A DNA stretch of 64,000 bases. Source: Klebsormidium nitens. Taxonomy: Eukaryota > Plantae > Klebsormidiophyceae. The position numbers were made by a program, and so were the translations under genes. Positions 19,401 through 31,900 of the stretch are shown here, piece after piece. Within the stretch, counting starts at the first letter, position 1. Each line of letters starts with the position of its first letter. Location of the stretch: contig DF237140.1 in the NCBI GenBank assembly GCA_000708835.1, positions 62,001-126,000 on the forward strand, written 5' to 3'. The notes beneath the pieces were generated by a model that saw nothing but the letters and a program-made list of their open reading frames with translations, had not been told where the DNA came from and did no database searches.

Positions 19401-19615
19401 CGATCAACGACACCACGATTTTCATCGGTGGTGCCCGTAACCCGATTCGTAACCCTGCCCGGGTCTACTTCGCCCCGGGCGTGTTGGCGGGCGCCCCGGA
19501 CTCGAACGTGAACGCGTACTTTAACTGCTCGAGCGCCCCGACCACGCTCGGGAACTATCCCAAGTCGATCGCGCCGGTGGTTAACCAGACCTTGGTCAAG
19601 AGCGCTCAGCCTTAA
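13427..19615 (+). CDS. Secreted YVTN/WD40-like beta-propeller protein with His motifs; exons 13427-13567, 14630-14902, 15749-15881, 16307-16479, 17568-17699, 18395-18559, 19154-19615
   Basis: Signal peptide MARGAAIVLALVSCLLVASQLADA; propeller-type strands (VYVIDTKTQTLVQRIPV, FDVIDA, AYILDLD, LAITPDEQFLTVID); many N-x-S/T sequons; all phases consistent. The exact family is not recognised. Confidence 0.85.
14531..14611 (+). repeat. 17-bp minisatellite (AACCCGCCTCTGGTCTT), about 4.5 copies, just upstream of an acceptor
   Basis: Directly visible tandem array before the exon 2 acceptor at 14629. Confidence 0.9.
16575..16840 (+). repeat. Two degenerate copies of the exon 4 3' end in beta-propeller intron 4
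   Basis: GGGCAGTCCCTTCTGGGCGGCGTTACTCGCGACG...CCCTTACGAACTCTCAGGC and AGGCCCTTCCTGACGGCGGTGTCACGGCTTGCCCGG...CTCCTACGTAAAG versus the exon end GGGCAGACCCTTCCCGGCGGCGTCGTCACGACATGCCCAGG...CCCTTACGTACTCTAAG. Confidence 0.75.
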
Positions 19616-20898
19616 GCGAAGCTAAGGGACGGTTAACGAGACCTTAGTTAAGAGCGCTTAACTGTAGCATATGCAAAAGCCACTGAGATTCCATAAAGTA
19701 TCTCTTACGTCTAGAGTCGTCAACTAACTAGTGTTGATTTACGGGAAGAGACCAGCACCATGATACGCGGGTTTCAATCGCATAGGTGCAGTCTTAAGTT
19801 TGCTGCATCGGACTGAAGAGAAGCCAACTTAGTCGCTGGCCGGCACGCCTTCTTGGACGTTTGGATCGTTAGAGTTGCCTCTGGCTTGAAGGCTTTGTGC
19901 AAGTTGAGCTGCTTATTTTTCTAATTACCGCAAAGATTTTTGTTCGACTCGCAAGCTTGATGATCGACTTCCCAAATCCTGAGCTGTTCGAAGACTGAGT
20001 CCGGGATTGCATGGCTCCCCATGCACGCATATTTAGTGATTGCCTGTCAGTGTCTAGCATGACGACGCAGCGACATGCTCCGGCAGTGACAGACGCACAG
20101 CCCGCGAAAAGTAGCACGCGGCAATTAATGAACGGTACGCTTACTTAAATGATCGGAGGTATGTTCAACTTTAGAGAATTTTCTCACTTCGAAATTGACC
20201 GCGGGACGGCCTTTCCTCGAAGACGGGTGTTGTGCACAACGCAAGAATCGAACATGGTATGCGTTATGTTGAATGACGGATGCATAAATATGCTGACTAG
20301 CCCGCTCAGTGTACCGTGACGTCTGCAAACTTGAAACAATGCTGCTGTACCGTAAGTTGGTCGCTGCCAACATGACGCACCAGATTTGGGCCCCTGCATG
20401 CAATTCGAAACGGGGATCACTGGCCGCGGCCGGGTGTCGCAAAATTGAACCATGTTCGTGCCAGTGGTTCCAGAGTTTCTGAAACCATTTAGTCAAGTAA
20501 GAGTGACAGCTAGGGGATGAATACCCCGCAACTCCACAATCGTAAATGCGAACTTTCTAGTAGATGATTATCCTCTAAGGCAATGATGCCTCGTTCAACC
20601 TTACGAACATGTACGATTTGTTGTGTCCCTGCAATTGATCCAATGGCAGTCTCCGACTTCGAATGGAATCTGACATTGGGTACTAATCTACTAGCTCTTA
20701 TGTGCATGGAGGTCGAACTGTGGGCTGCACCTGATCCAAGTGTGCGGAATCTGCGTCCTAGGCCCTGCTGAGGAATGTTGATGATCTTTTCCATTGACCA
20801 GACCCTATCTCGTTGGAGGGCACCCATGACTAATGAGTCCGGCCGCGATGCCAGAGCCCATGCCAATTATCGGCTACCCGTAAGGAACTAGGATGTGC

Positions 20899-23800
20899 TT
20901 ATTTAAAAAGCGATTCGAGTACGACGGGCAGCCCGTGTTTCGGTTTCATAGTGATGTACATGACCGGGAAGTGGCGATAGCCTGGGGCAAGCTTGAGGGA
21001 GAAGGTACGGAGGAGCTTGACTAGCACGATCTTCGCCTCCGTCATGGCGAAGTTCTGCAGGAGCAAAAGAAACATTCCTGGAGATGTCAGAAGAGGTGGT
21101 GCTTGAGCTCTCCAATATTTTTGGTGGTTGAGCGGATTGTCTAAGGAGGCGTCGAAATCGTTTGGATGACTAGCATGTAGTGATGCCAAGACAATACGGA
21201 TCGGCCTTTGCTGCGCCATAGAACGGTTCTTCAACGAAGGCGAGTAACGGTGCTGAAAGAATCATTCTGAAGAGGTTTGCTCGCTCTCGGAAAGTCGTGA
21301 CTTGCAGGCGGGAAATTCCATAGGAGTCAGCTTGGAGGCTCGACAACGCGACACGTGTTCTTCGCAGACGAGATACGTGGCTTGCGTCCACGTTGCAGCG
21401 CTGAACGAAGACCTTTCATTGATACATCGACCTCAATAAGAAAGCATGTCGTCCAAACAAAGTCCCGACTCTTGGACGGGCCGATGCAGCTATTTCTTTT
21501 TGATACTCAATTGCACAACCAGATTGTCGAGGCACAATCTGCCCGTTTGATACGTGGAGATGATATCAACGGGCGGGAAGCTTGCCTGCCCGATGCACGT
21601 CCGGGGACCGGCGGAGAAAGGGAGGAACGCGCCCGGCTGCTTCACGGCGCCGCTGATACCGTTGGCAAACCTGCAACGGAACGGAACGAACTAACTGAAT
21701 CTATACTGCAGTTCCTAGTTGTCTAATCAATCTGCTGCCTAATAACTTTCTTGCCGGTTCGATTCGCTGAAGAGTATCCCGACGGATTAATCCGTGGACC
21801 ACCTTCTGAACGGTGGGGTTCGGAAGCAATGGCACGTCAAGTCAATTCCCTTCTGGGCAACTCATCTGCTGCCCCGAACGCTTAACTCTCCTTCCAAAAG
21901 GCCGTCAAGAGGCACCAGATGCTGGAATGACAATCCCTGCGGCAAATTACAGCTTTCTGCGTCAAACCTGCCATCGGATTTCGAGTGCCCCAAGCACGGT
22001 TCCTGATCTTGGACCGTCCGATCAATAAGGGCAATGCATCGGACGGCTCAAGATCAGGAACCATGCTCGAAAACTGCGGAATCCGACCGCAAGTTTGACG
22101 CAAACAGCTGTACAAAGCTGCCCCCACACGCTTACCTCTCCGGTCGAAACTCCATCACGTCGTTCCCCCACAGGGCCTCCCTCACGTGCATGGGATAACT
22201 TACGATCGTCACCTCCGTCCCCTTCTGCAGCCTGATCCCGGCGATCTGCCACGTGGCGAGACGACACGTCAGCTTTCGTCATCTTTGCCCCCCGCACCTT
22301 GGTCTTCTGGTCAACTTACTTAATGATTCGCTCAAATTTGTCATGGGCAAAAAGCTGACGCCATATGTCGGCAACCAGAAGCACGCAGACTCCGCTGTCG
22401 AGGTCGCCTTGGAGCGTATGACGGACTGAATTTAGGCATGATATTAGAGCTTGGTATAATAAGCTCCAGCTAGGACTAAAACCCTAACACGACGATCTAC
22501 CTGTTCCGCACCCGTACCCACCCTAGCCCCCAAGCTAACCCCACCCGTCCCAGGCTGGCGAGCTTATTATACAACCCTAAAACCCTAAAACCCTGAAACC
22601 CTAAACCCTAAAATGCCGCTTATTGTTCCGAAATTAGTGGAGCGTACGTACCTCTGTATCGCGAACGACTGTCCGGCCCATCATCGGCACCGGCGGGTAG
22701 AGGCGCAGGCTCTCGTACAGGATCCCTTGCAGCAGCTTGAGTCGGGGCAGGTCTTCGAACGAGATGTCGGCCCTGCCTCCGAGAACGTCATTTATCTGCA
22801 CAAAGAGAAGGGTACATTCTCAGTTCAAGGAGCTACAGAAGTTTTGAAGTAGTGCTGCCCTTGCAAATGTACCAGACGCCTTGCAGCACCTTGAGTCGGA
22901 GAAGGTCTTCGAGAGGAATGGCGGGCCTGTCAGGGAGAACGTCGATTAACGGCACAGGAACAAAATCGGGGTTTTGAGTCCCGGATTTTTTGAAGGATAT
23001 GCAGACTCTATACTGATACAAATTGGCTTGCAGTCGCTTCAGTCGGGGACGGCCCTCGATTGGGAGGTTGAGAGTCTGGCTCGGAGAATGTCAATTATCT
23101 GCACGAGACATGTTTAGCTGTTTCAAATCGTGAGATTTCGGGGTCTCAGGATTTTGTGGCTCCTGCAATGGCACAAGATGCCTGGCAGCAGTTTGGGCCA
23201 GGGCAGGTCCTAAATGAGATGTCGCAAAACGTGCGGTGTCTGCATTGCGCAGAGACTTGAACATTGGCTACGGTCAGAACTGGAAGGGTTTGGGCTCGAG
23301 GGTATACGAGTAGCCTTAGTCGACGAGGCTACAAACAGCGAACTAAAGGCCTACGGATAGCCTACGTCAAGGCGAGTCCTCGGACTGAAATGGGCCCTGC
23401 CAGCAGTGAGGGCGTGGAGTATCTGGAAGCATTGTTTGGATTGATTTGACGAGAATTAAGCTTAACGAAGGCGTTGTATAGAAGCATACAGAAAGTCTCG
23501 CACCGGCTTGGCTGAGAACAAACTCGGATCGATGCAGTGACGAGTTTTCAGTTCTGCCCAGCCAGCAGAGACTAGGAAGGAGCGACAAACTGCAATCAGA
23601 AAAGAGAAAGGCTACAAACAAAGACGAGCCGTCCGTCCAGAACACCGACCCGAGTTCAGAAAAGCAAGACAGTCCAGATTGAACGTCCGGCTGACTCACC
23701 TCTGCGCGCGCTTTCTCAACGTATTCCGGGTGTGACGTCAGCAAGTAGACCGTCCACGTCAGCAGGACGGCCGTCGTCTCGTGCCCGGCCAGAAGGAACG

Positions 23801-26800
23801 TCATGCACTCGTCCAGCTGCAGAAGCGAAGAAAGCCAACGTTCTGAGGAGCTCTGGCATTGACTCCTTTTGCCACAAAGGCATAATCGAACACCTGGAAG
23901 CGGTGCATTCCTCTCAGGTTTTGGATGATGTCTTTTACTTTTGAATCTAAGTGGAGTGCCGAGCAGGTAAAGTATGAAGTCATGTTTTACCGCGTTCTGG
24001 TGAATCATCGGTCCTAGAGCCGCAGAAGCCAAGAAAGCCACCGTTCTGAGGAAGCCAAGAAGGCCAGCGTTCTGAGGAGCTCTAGGGTGAACCTCAACCT
24101 TCAGCTCCCCCCGCCACAAAGAAAAAAAACGGACAAGCCTAGACGCGGTGCATTGTTCTCAGATTTTGGATTCCAGGAATTTTGATTTCGACGATAAGTA
24201 GACAGCTGATGGGTAACGTACGAGATCAGCATTCCCGCTCTGTGGCAGAATGTCAGTCGTAGAGGGCCACTTTCTATCTTCGAAATGCGATTTTGCGAAT
24301 CAGAAGACCGACCCCGCTGCGGCCGACGCAAAGCCAGCAGAGACGAGAAACCAGTGTCACGGATCACGAGCAACTGAGATCAGTGAAGACCAGCATTCAA
24401 GGTCACCAGAATCAAAAAGTGACGTCATCAGGGGCGAGAGAGTGACGTCATCAGCTGCTCGTCGCTCTGGCGGCCTCTCCCGGCCAATCTTGTCACCAAA
24501 CGCAAGTAAGCGACATCACTCGAAATCAGCAATTGATTCCAACAGAAGTCAGAAAGAGACGTCATTGAAGACGAGAAAGTGACGTCACCAGCTGCTCATC
24601 GCTCATGACGGACTCCCCCTGCTCGTCCTGCCCCACCAGCATCATTCCCAGGAGGTCACGTGGCTTCTCGGCGGCCCTGCCACGTGTCTCCCGCCGCGAC
24701 TTGATCAGCCGCATGCCGAGAGCCCGCAGCTCCTTCTCACGTCTCTTGGCTTTCCGGTTTTCGGAGGTAGGGAGCAGCCTGCAATGCGTATTGGGAACTG
24801 TGTGAGTGATGAGCCAGAAGACTGGTGTGTGAACGCGACAGTGGTACAGGATTGTCGTACTTGGAGTGCCCGCAGATCCTTTCGCGTCCTTTGGCTTTCC
24901 AGTTATCGGCTGTTAGGAATACGCTGCAAGAAGGCAATTTTACGTACGTGTTCTGAAACGATGTGTTTCTTGATGCTCTACTGCGGCGAGGTAGGGAGGA
25001 GGCTGTGTAACAGTGTGCGATTTGCATCGTGAAAGAGAAAAGCGGTGTGACTCCGTTCGCGCCTTTTGACGCTCTTGTTAACACGGGCTTGGAGCACCCT
25101 GCAATGCGACGGGAACCTGCGTAATCAAGGAGTCACAAGGCTGCTGTATGGTCGAGAGACAGGTACGGATGGTCACAAGTCGAGTGCGCTGCTCCCTCTC
25201 GCGTCCCTTGACGCTCAAATTTTTCCATGTAGACACCCGGCTGCAGTGCATATAAAGAAGCTGCGTAAATGAAACGACGAAAAGCTGTTGTTCGCTCGTT
25301 CTATCGGCAGGTTTTTTATCCTTTCCTTTGACCAGCCAGCACAGCATTCTAGATGCTTTTTAGGTTCACTGTTCCCCTTCAGTATCCCGTCACTGAGGAG
25401 TCCCTTCCTATCGAAGTACCTCTTCGTCAGAAACATGGGCTCTCGTTTCGGCCACGACCTCCCATCTAATGCTTCACGACAGTACCAAAACACAAAAGCA
25501 TATATTGTCGAGTTGGAGGAGAGTGGACAACAATATCCAGGGCGCATGAAGGTGTGGCCAGCCTTTTGACTGCTCTCAAAACTCAAATGAAGAAAATGTG
25601 GGAGCCTCGGTCGAAATTACGAGAACGATACAGGCCTTTGTAATGAAGAACCTCCTCTCACCGAACTGCAGGTTGCGGAAAAGTGCCCGATAAAAACAAG
25701 AAGAGGGAACAGTCCCGTTGAGAAAAGAGAAGCATCTGGCATCACTTACTCGTATCCTGGAATAAGAGACCAGCCCTCCATGATCCCCGCAACCTTGTCT
25801 TCAATCAGCTTGCTCAGTCCACCATACAGTTCGTCGGCAGCTTTCCCAGATGCCACATCTTCGGACCCAAAGGCGGCTCTCCCAATGACGTCTAGTGTCA
25901 ATTTCGAAAACTCCAGAAGCATTTCTAGCTCCTGGGTGCCCCCCTGAATCGTTTGACACCAACGATCGGCGGCCTCATTGGTGCACTTGATCATGATTTC
26001 GCTCATGGCCTGCAGAGCGAAAGTGGTATCATTGAATGGTATCATTGAAAAGTGATGCTGAGCTTTGATAGGCGCAAGGAGACTTTCCGCGAAAGTCCTG
26101 TGCTTGTTCTACGTACAGATTGACATGCCTCTTGAAGGTGGTGCTAAAATAGAAATCAATCAAACTGAATCTGCTCTCCTGGGCTTTCAGATTCAAAGTC
26201 CCAGCTTGCTTTCACAGTATCGCATACCCAGTAAACTACTTAAGCTAAGTGTCTGCTGGGGCAGACACTCGGGGGCTGAAGACCGCTCGTTCAGAGGGTG
26301 TCGGAATCCTTGACCAGGGGCACACAAAGAAGAAAAGATCCAAAGCAGAACTTTATTCACATCTTGCTAGCAACAAGCTTTATGTCATTCATGACACTTC
26401 TTCGCTATTGTCAATACGAATCAAGGATTTCTACCGCCCCCAAAAGCTTTGGTCATTCCCTATTTTCTGTGGCTTCTCAGAAGTGTATTACCGGTGTGGA
26501 CAGAAGAGGCAGTCACCAAAAAGTCAATTCAACAGGATTGCCTCGCTGGTGCTCACACAGGATCAGGCAGGCACGACACGCGCATACCTTGATTGCTGTG
26601 CTCGGACGCAGAGGGTTTAACGTCTTTCCAGGTTCAAAACGATAGGCCTTGACAGGGGCAAGCTATCACTAACTTTTGTAAGGACTACAAAAGAGGTGAT
26701 GCTCGATGCACCATGGTGTCCTTGCCTTGATTTCCTTGTGATTGAACGCGGGGTTGATCATCCTCCTCTGCCGCTCCCACAGCGGCCCCTCCGCAAACAC

Positions 26801-27271
26801 GAGCCCGTTCCCCATCAAAGACAGCAGATTCTTAACATAAGCCGGCTTTTCAAAACACCCCGCTTTCGTGACCAGCACTTCTTTGATGGCGTCCGGGCTC
26901 GTTAACACCAGGTCTATATTTGGGCCCATTTGGGAGATGTGAATATCGCCATACTGTTTGATCTGCTCACGCGACTGGACGAAAAGAACCGCAGCGTATT
27001 GGGGGTCGCTTTCCTTTCGTCGCATGTGTTCCCTTATCTCAGGGAGTTGGCCGATGAACGGGCGGAAGGGCGCGCCCTTCACCCCTTGTCGTTTCAGGTT
27101 CAAGTAGATAAGATACGGTTGGAGCAGTGTCTTATTCAGACACCAAATAATAAGCGCGACGGAGAGAATGGCCAGGATAAGCCTGGCTGAGAAAGGGTGG
27201 TGTGCAAAAAGTTGAAAGCTGTGGCCAGCCCACATCGTTTCTGCGTAGTCCTCCGAGGAGTGAAACATCAT
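20899..27271 (-). CDS. Cytochrome P450, CYP72 clan (CYP72/709/714/734/735-like), ~523-535 aa; exons 27271(or 27235)-26726, 26009-25750, 24778-24589, 23816-23700, 22795-22652, 22245-22136, 21670-21586, 21054-20899; introns 1 and 7 are GC-AG
   Basis: N-terminal anchor then GVKGAPFRPFIG; WERQRRMINPAF; I-helix AGHETT; ESLR (ExxR); PERF; heme motif FSAGPRTCIGQNFAMTEAK. Confidence 0.95.
21949..22111. repeat. Fold-back inverted repeat with 74-bp arms (21949-22022, 22038-22111) and a 15-nt loop, in P450 intron 6
   Basis: The arms align without gaps at about 57/74 positions, including GGTTCCTGATCTTG / CAAGATCAGGAACC. Confidence 0.9.
22573..22613. repeat. Interstitial telomere-like array (CCCTAAAA / CCCTAAA, about 5 units)
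   Basis: AACCCTAAAACCCTAAAACCCTGAAACCCTAAACCCTAAAA in P450 intron 5. Confidence 0.9.
22860..23260 (-). repeat. Three degenerate copies of the acceptor and start of P450 exon 5, in intron 4
   Basis: Units resembling CAGCAGCTTGAGTCGGGGCAGGTCTTCGAACGAGATG...GAGAACGTCATTTATCTGCAC at ~22880-22950, ~23030-23105 and ~23185-23250. Confidence 0.75.
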
Positions 27272-28989
27272 TTCGGTGCTTGTCAGGTGAACAGCCCCTC
27301 CGTGCTGTCGGTCTAGAAACCTGGGGGCACTAAGAGATTCAATAGAATCGCAGCGCAGAAGTCCAGCGAGAATGATTTGAGGAGATGCCACTAAGAAAGG
27401 CGTCTGTATTTCCCAGTTGCCTGGACAGCTGCTTTAGAAGTTAGAACTGACGTCTAAGAATTGCTCGAATTTCTTGGAGACAGTATTGCAATTGTTGAGG
27501 GCCCTTTTAGCATAGCTGCAGGCTAGCGCGGGCAGTAGGGTTTACCTTGAGCTGCTGCATTCCTTATTGAAATTAGGGTTTTCGAAAGGCCTCAGAGTCG
27601 ACTGGCCCGCGGGGCCATGCATGTCAAGTTCAACGCTTGGCAGCCATGTGGTCATGCAGGCCGCGTGCACCGCTGAGTCTGACGGTCAATCCTATAGCAG
27701 ATCGTCATGTGCAACATGCATGGCTTTGACAGGCAATCATTGGAGTACACGTTGGGGGCTGGAAGGATGGGCCGCGACGGTCACGTTGGCCAGAATACTC
27801 CAGTCTCCGGTGAAACTCAATGTTCTTATAACATCATTGTGATTGACCAAGTAGTCTTAGTTTGGATCTCGAAACCCGGTGCGTCGTTAATTGGAAGTCA
27901 TTATAGGAGCTTACATCATTATATTGTAATGCCCTAGCTGCGTACATGGCCCATAGATGACTTGAATGATTTCAGCACCGCGTGGTCACTGCACTAGATA
28001 AGACGGCGTGTCACCCAATACGTACATGGCTTGTAACAAGCGTGTCTCATTAGCAACAAGGTATCGAAACAACGAACTCGGGTCCTTGAGTCAATTGCAA
28101 CTTAGGTTGATTGAATTAACCGCCAATATTTATGGAAGCACTTATAAGTCCTATTTGATGCTTACAGAGTCAGCGGAGATCGCCGTCAAGGTTAAGAAGC
28201 TACTTGGTATGCCGTTGCACATAGATTCTCGACTCGCTTTTGACTACCCCCTGGCTTTCCGTCGACGTTGCTAACAGCAAACGGACAATAATTGTGGCCT
28301 GATTAGTCTGCACATACCTCCTTCCTTTGGTGGTGGGCCGCAATTGCGGCAGTGCTTAGGCTTGTCCGGTGGGGGTCACGTTAATGATCGTCTAGCAGTA
28401 GTGCGAAAAATCCACCCACTCCGTTACAAAGCACACACCGCAACAACTTTAGCTGCTAAGACGAGGAGTCAGGACACATAAATACCGCCCCCTGATAATT
28501 GTCCCATACTATCATAAATTTATATTATTGATTACTAATAATTGATTATTAATCTATTAAATATTAGTTCTTAAGCGCCGACATGAGGAGAGTCCGCCAC
28601 CAAATCAAAACGGACAAACGTGCGGTCTACAAGGGCCCTATTTCTGATGCTGGCCGTCAACCGTCGATATAATGCAAGCCTCTCGCAAACGGTGCCCGCT
28701 TGGCAGCAATAAATTAGCTTTCCCGAAGAATTACCATCCCCTGGGGACGCCCCTGGGCTTTGAAAGCCAGTCGAGGCGCACGCTGTGTTTGCATTGTGTC
28801 AACCAGCCCCTTACGTTTTTCAGGAGATCAGCTGCCCGGTTCAGATCCTCCTTCGCCCTTCGTGCAAAAGTGCTCTGGAGGGAACTGTGCCGGTCAAGGA
28901 CTGTCCCATTCACCTTTCCGACTGCCCCCGTCCCAAGCCGTCAGCCCGTTCGCAGCTCGTTTGACAAGCACCGGTTGCATGGCCGACGA

Positions 28990-31900
28990 TCAAAGCTCCT
29001 CAGTTTCCCCCCCGGGCGGCATTATGCAGGGCGGTCTTGATGCAGGGTACTCGGAAAGAAGGTAGTCCCGCTTTTCGAAGTCGGAGCTCTCAACGCGGAT
29101 GCTCGCCTCGGTCACGATTTTCAGGTCGGGGTGCAGACCTGGAACGAAGTCCTGCGAATGGAGGATCGGTAGTGTGTTACAACTTTTCCGCCCTTGAGAG
29201 AAGTCGCAGTGACTCCCATGATCTCTTTAAAAAGGCGTTTGATGGGAGTAAAGACGAGAACAAGATCCGGAGTGAAGTTGTGGGTCAAAATCAGGCCATC
29301 TGATAGCTAGTAATTTTCCCGACCGTTCGCAAACGACCGTTCTTGCTTGCCTTACGGACAGTATCCTTTCCGGACGGCACGATTCGGCGGACGAAAAGTG
29401 CACAAAGGTCTCCGTGCTGAGGCTTACTTGCAACGACGCGTACGCTTTCAGCAGGTGCAGCATGTAAGAGTAGACGTTGTGCATGTCGAGGTCTTCAAGC
29501 GCAAACTTGGCGCCCGCCTCGCCGATCCCCCCCGCTAGCTCAGGGTTGTCATTTCCCCACCTAACCTGGACATTGAGTCCACAGAAATGACGTCAGCTGA
29601 AGTTCACTCTGGCCTAAAGAACCTGGATGTACCGGGCTGGGAGACCTACTCAGGAGTAGAGTAGTAGAGGAGTAGAGATTGTCATAATTCGTACTCATGA
29701 AGTACTTTTAAAACTCAGGCTCAATCACGCACCGTGTGATGGCACTTGCGAATCTAGACTTTCATACAAGGCAGCTTTTCGAGATCCGGACGACGTGGCT
29801 CAGCACATGCTTGTTGAGAGGAATTCGGTAAGTCTGATCTCGCTGGTATGCAATGGACCCCGAATGAAGGCACACATTTGATTCCAACAGGTTGCTTATA
29901 TGAGGTTGTTGGAAACAAAAAGGAAGGAACTAACCTTGTCTCTCATGTTCTCGCAAAGCGCCGGGTGCTTCGGAACCACGAGACAGTTCTCGCCGTCTCG
30001 CAGGCCGTGGTCGTAGAACGCCTTAAACACTGGCTCGACCAGGAGCATCGTTGACCCGCACGCTAACCCGTACTTTATACTAACCGACCATGCAGACCCC
30101 TCTGCATATATCCGATACCTGCATACAGAAATTCGTGATAATTGGTGCCCTATGCACACCCGTTGGGCGTGCTCTCGAAGGATATTGCAAGGAACGACAC
30201 AGGAAAGCTTGTCAAACGAAAGCGACGTGTTTCCACAAGCACTGTAATGGTCTCACCAACAGGACGTTCGAATGGACTCCGAGAACAGGGACTGGAGCGG
30301 ACTATCTTCGTACAAGCGTACAGTACTCGCTTCCAGGACAAGAGCACCAAAGGGCAGCTTACAAGCGTTGTTAGCCCCTGCAAATGGAACTCCAGAAGGG
30401 GAAGGGGGGCATTTCATTGTCCACTGGCAAGGCACTTAAACCAGCTTGAAGATTTTCTAGTACGGCCTTGAATGCAGAGTTTCTGACTCCTTATTCTACC
30501 AGGGCGCAAGAAATCCATTGGAAGAGAAGTTCCTGACTGTCTTGACAGGAGCATTGACGAGGAAGAAAGCGTATTAGCACCCGAGTACGAAGGAGGCTTG
30601 CTTACCTATAACCGCACTGGTCCTCTAACCTAGCGTCCGTAAAGTTGGTCTCGTGCGCGGCCACGTTGCCCCAGCTCTTGTCGTATGCTGAAAGCAGAAA
30701 CGAAGGGTCCTCCGCTGTGCACCGCACGAGCGCTTTCCGCGCCTCGTTCAACCAGGCCGCCCCTTTCCAGAACGCCTGCCGGTGAGGAGAGCTTTCTTTA
30801 GAGAGAACTCAGATAACGACGTTCTTTGTGAACACGAGATGTCAATATCAACGAACAACGAATATGGGCTTCCAAGCCCTGGGTTTAGCCGGGCCAGGAT
30901 GATTCAAATTACGACGCAAGGCGAACCTGCTGCTAATTGAATCGACGGATCTTCTGATAGGTTAACTGGGTGCAAGTACACAGGACTCTGGTTCGGTGCG
31001 TTCGACCAAGCATTTTAAGGGTAGACTTTCTGCCGCATCACAATAAAATCAGCAGCCCGCTCATGAAGTTGGCTGCTTGTCATCACATGGTTCACGAATC
31101 CTCAGCCCAACTCACCGTCTTTTCTCTGTCGATCCACTTTAGCCCCGCCCTCGCGGCCCGGTCGATCCTGTGGCTTTGATCGCGCCACCTGGCGATCTCC
31201 AGGTCCGGCCACCCCCAGAACGTCCAGTCAGGGAACGGCACATCAATTTTGCCCTCCCTATTGTCGTAGTTCAGCAGAACCGGAGTTGGATCGGCTGGGT
31301 TTTTTGGTCTGACCATTTGGGGGTAGTCGTTGCATTCAAACACGAAGTCGACGTCGGGTACTTGGCCAGGGAAGTAACGAAGGAGCTGTAGGAGGCCCCA
31401 GGTTGAGTAGCGCGCACGGTTCTGCAGGTGTGATAGAATAGAAAGTGTGAAAATGTATCCAAAACAAGGCCTCCCGAGGAACAAACGGCATCCTGAAGCA
31501 GGGACGATTGGATTGAGCAAATCCATGAGTGAGAGGAATCACCTACAACTTCTCAACCAAGAGTGAAGTACAGTCTTGCCATGTCTATGTCGAAGAAGTT
31601 GGAAGCAATGAAACAATCTTAGGATCAGAGAGCAGGGCTACAGGAAGTGGCTACGAAGAGGAACAAGTTTGCTTGCGTAGTAAAATCCTGTAGCGGTCGG
31701 GTCAAGATCCTTCATCTTGAGCTTCATTGACATCCCTCCTGTCCTATGGTTTCTCCAACCAGTTTCGTGACAGCTTAGCTAGGCTGCCTCTCCTATCGCC
31801 CACCGCAGAAGAGACTAAGGACTTCCTTCTAGAAGAACTCGAGATGAGGTTGTGTACTTACTGGAAAACAGGGCTTTATCTCCTTTGCATACAGTTTGCC

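Noticed and set aside
20510-20866. 118-aa minus-strand ORF after the P450 stop
   Set aside because: No motif; most likely the P450 3' UTR.
28495-28575. AT-rich island as a transposon or origin
   Set aside because: No terminal repeats or coding remnants could be supported; it may simply be part of the GT90 3' flank.
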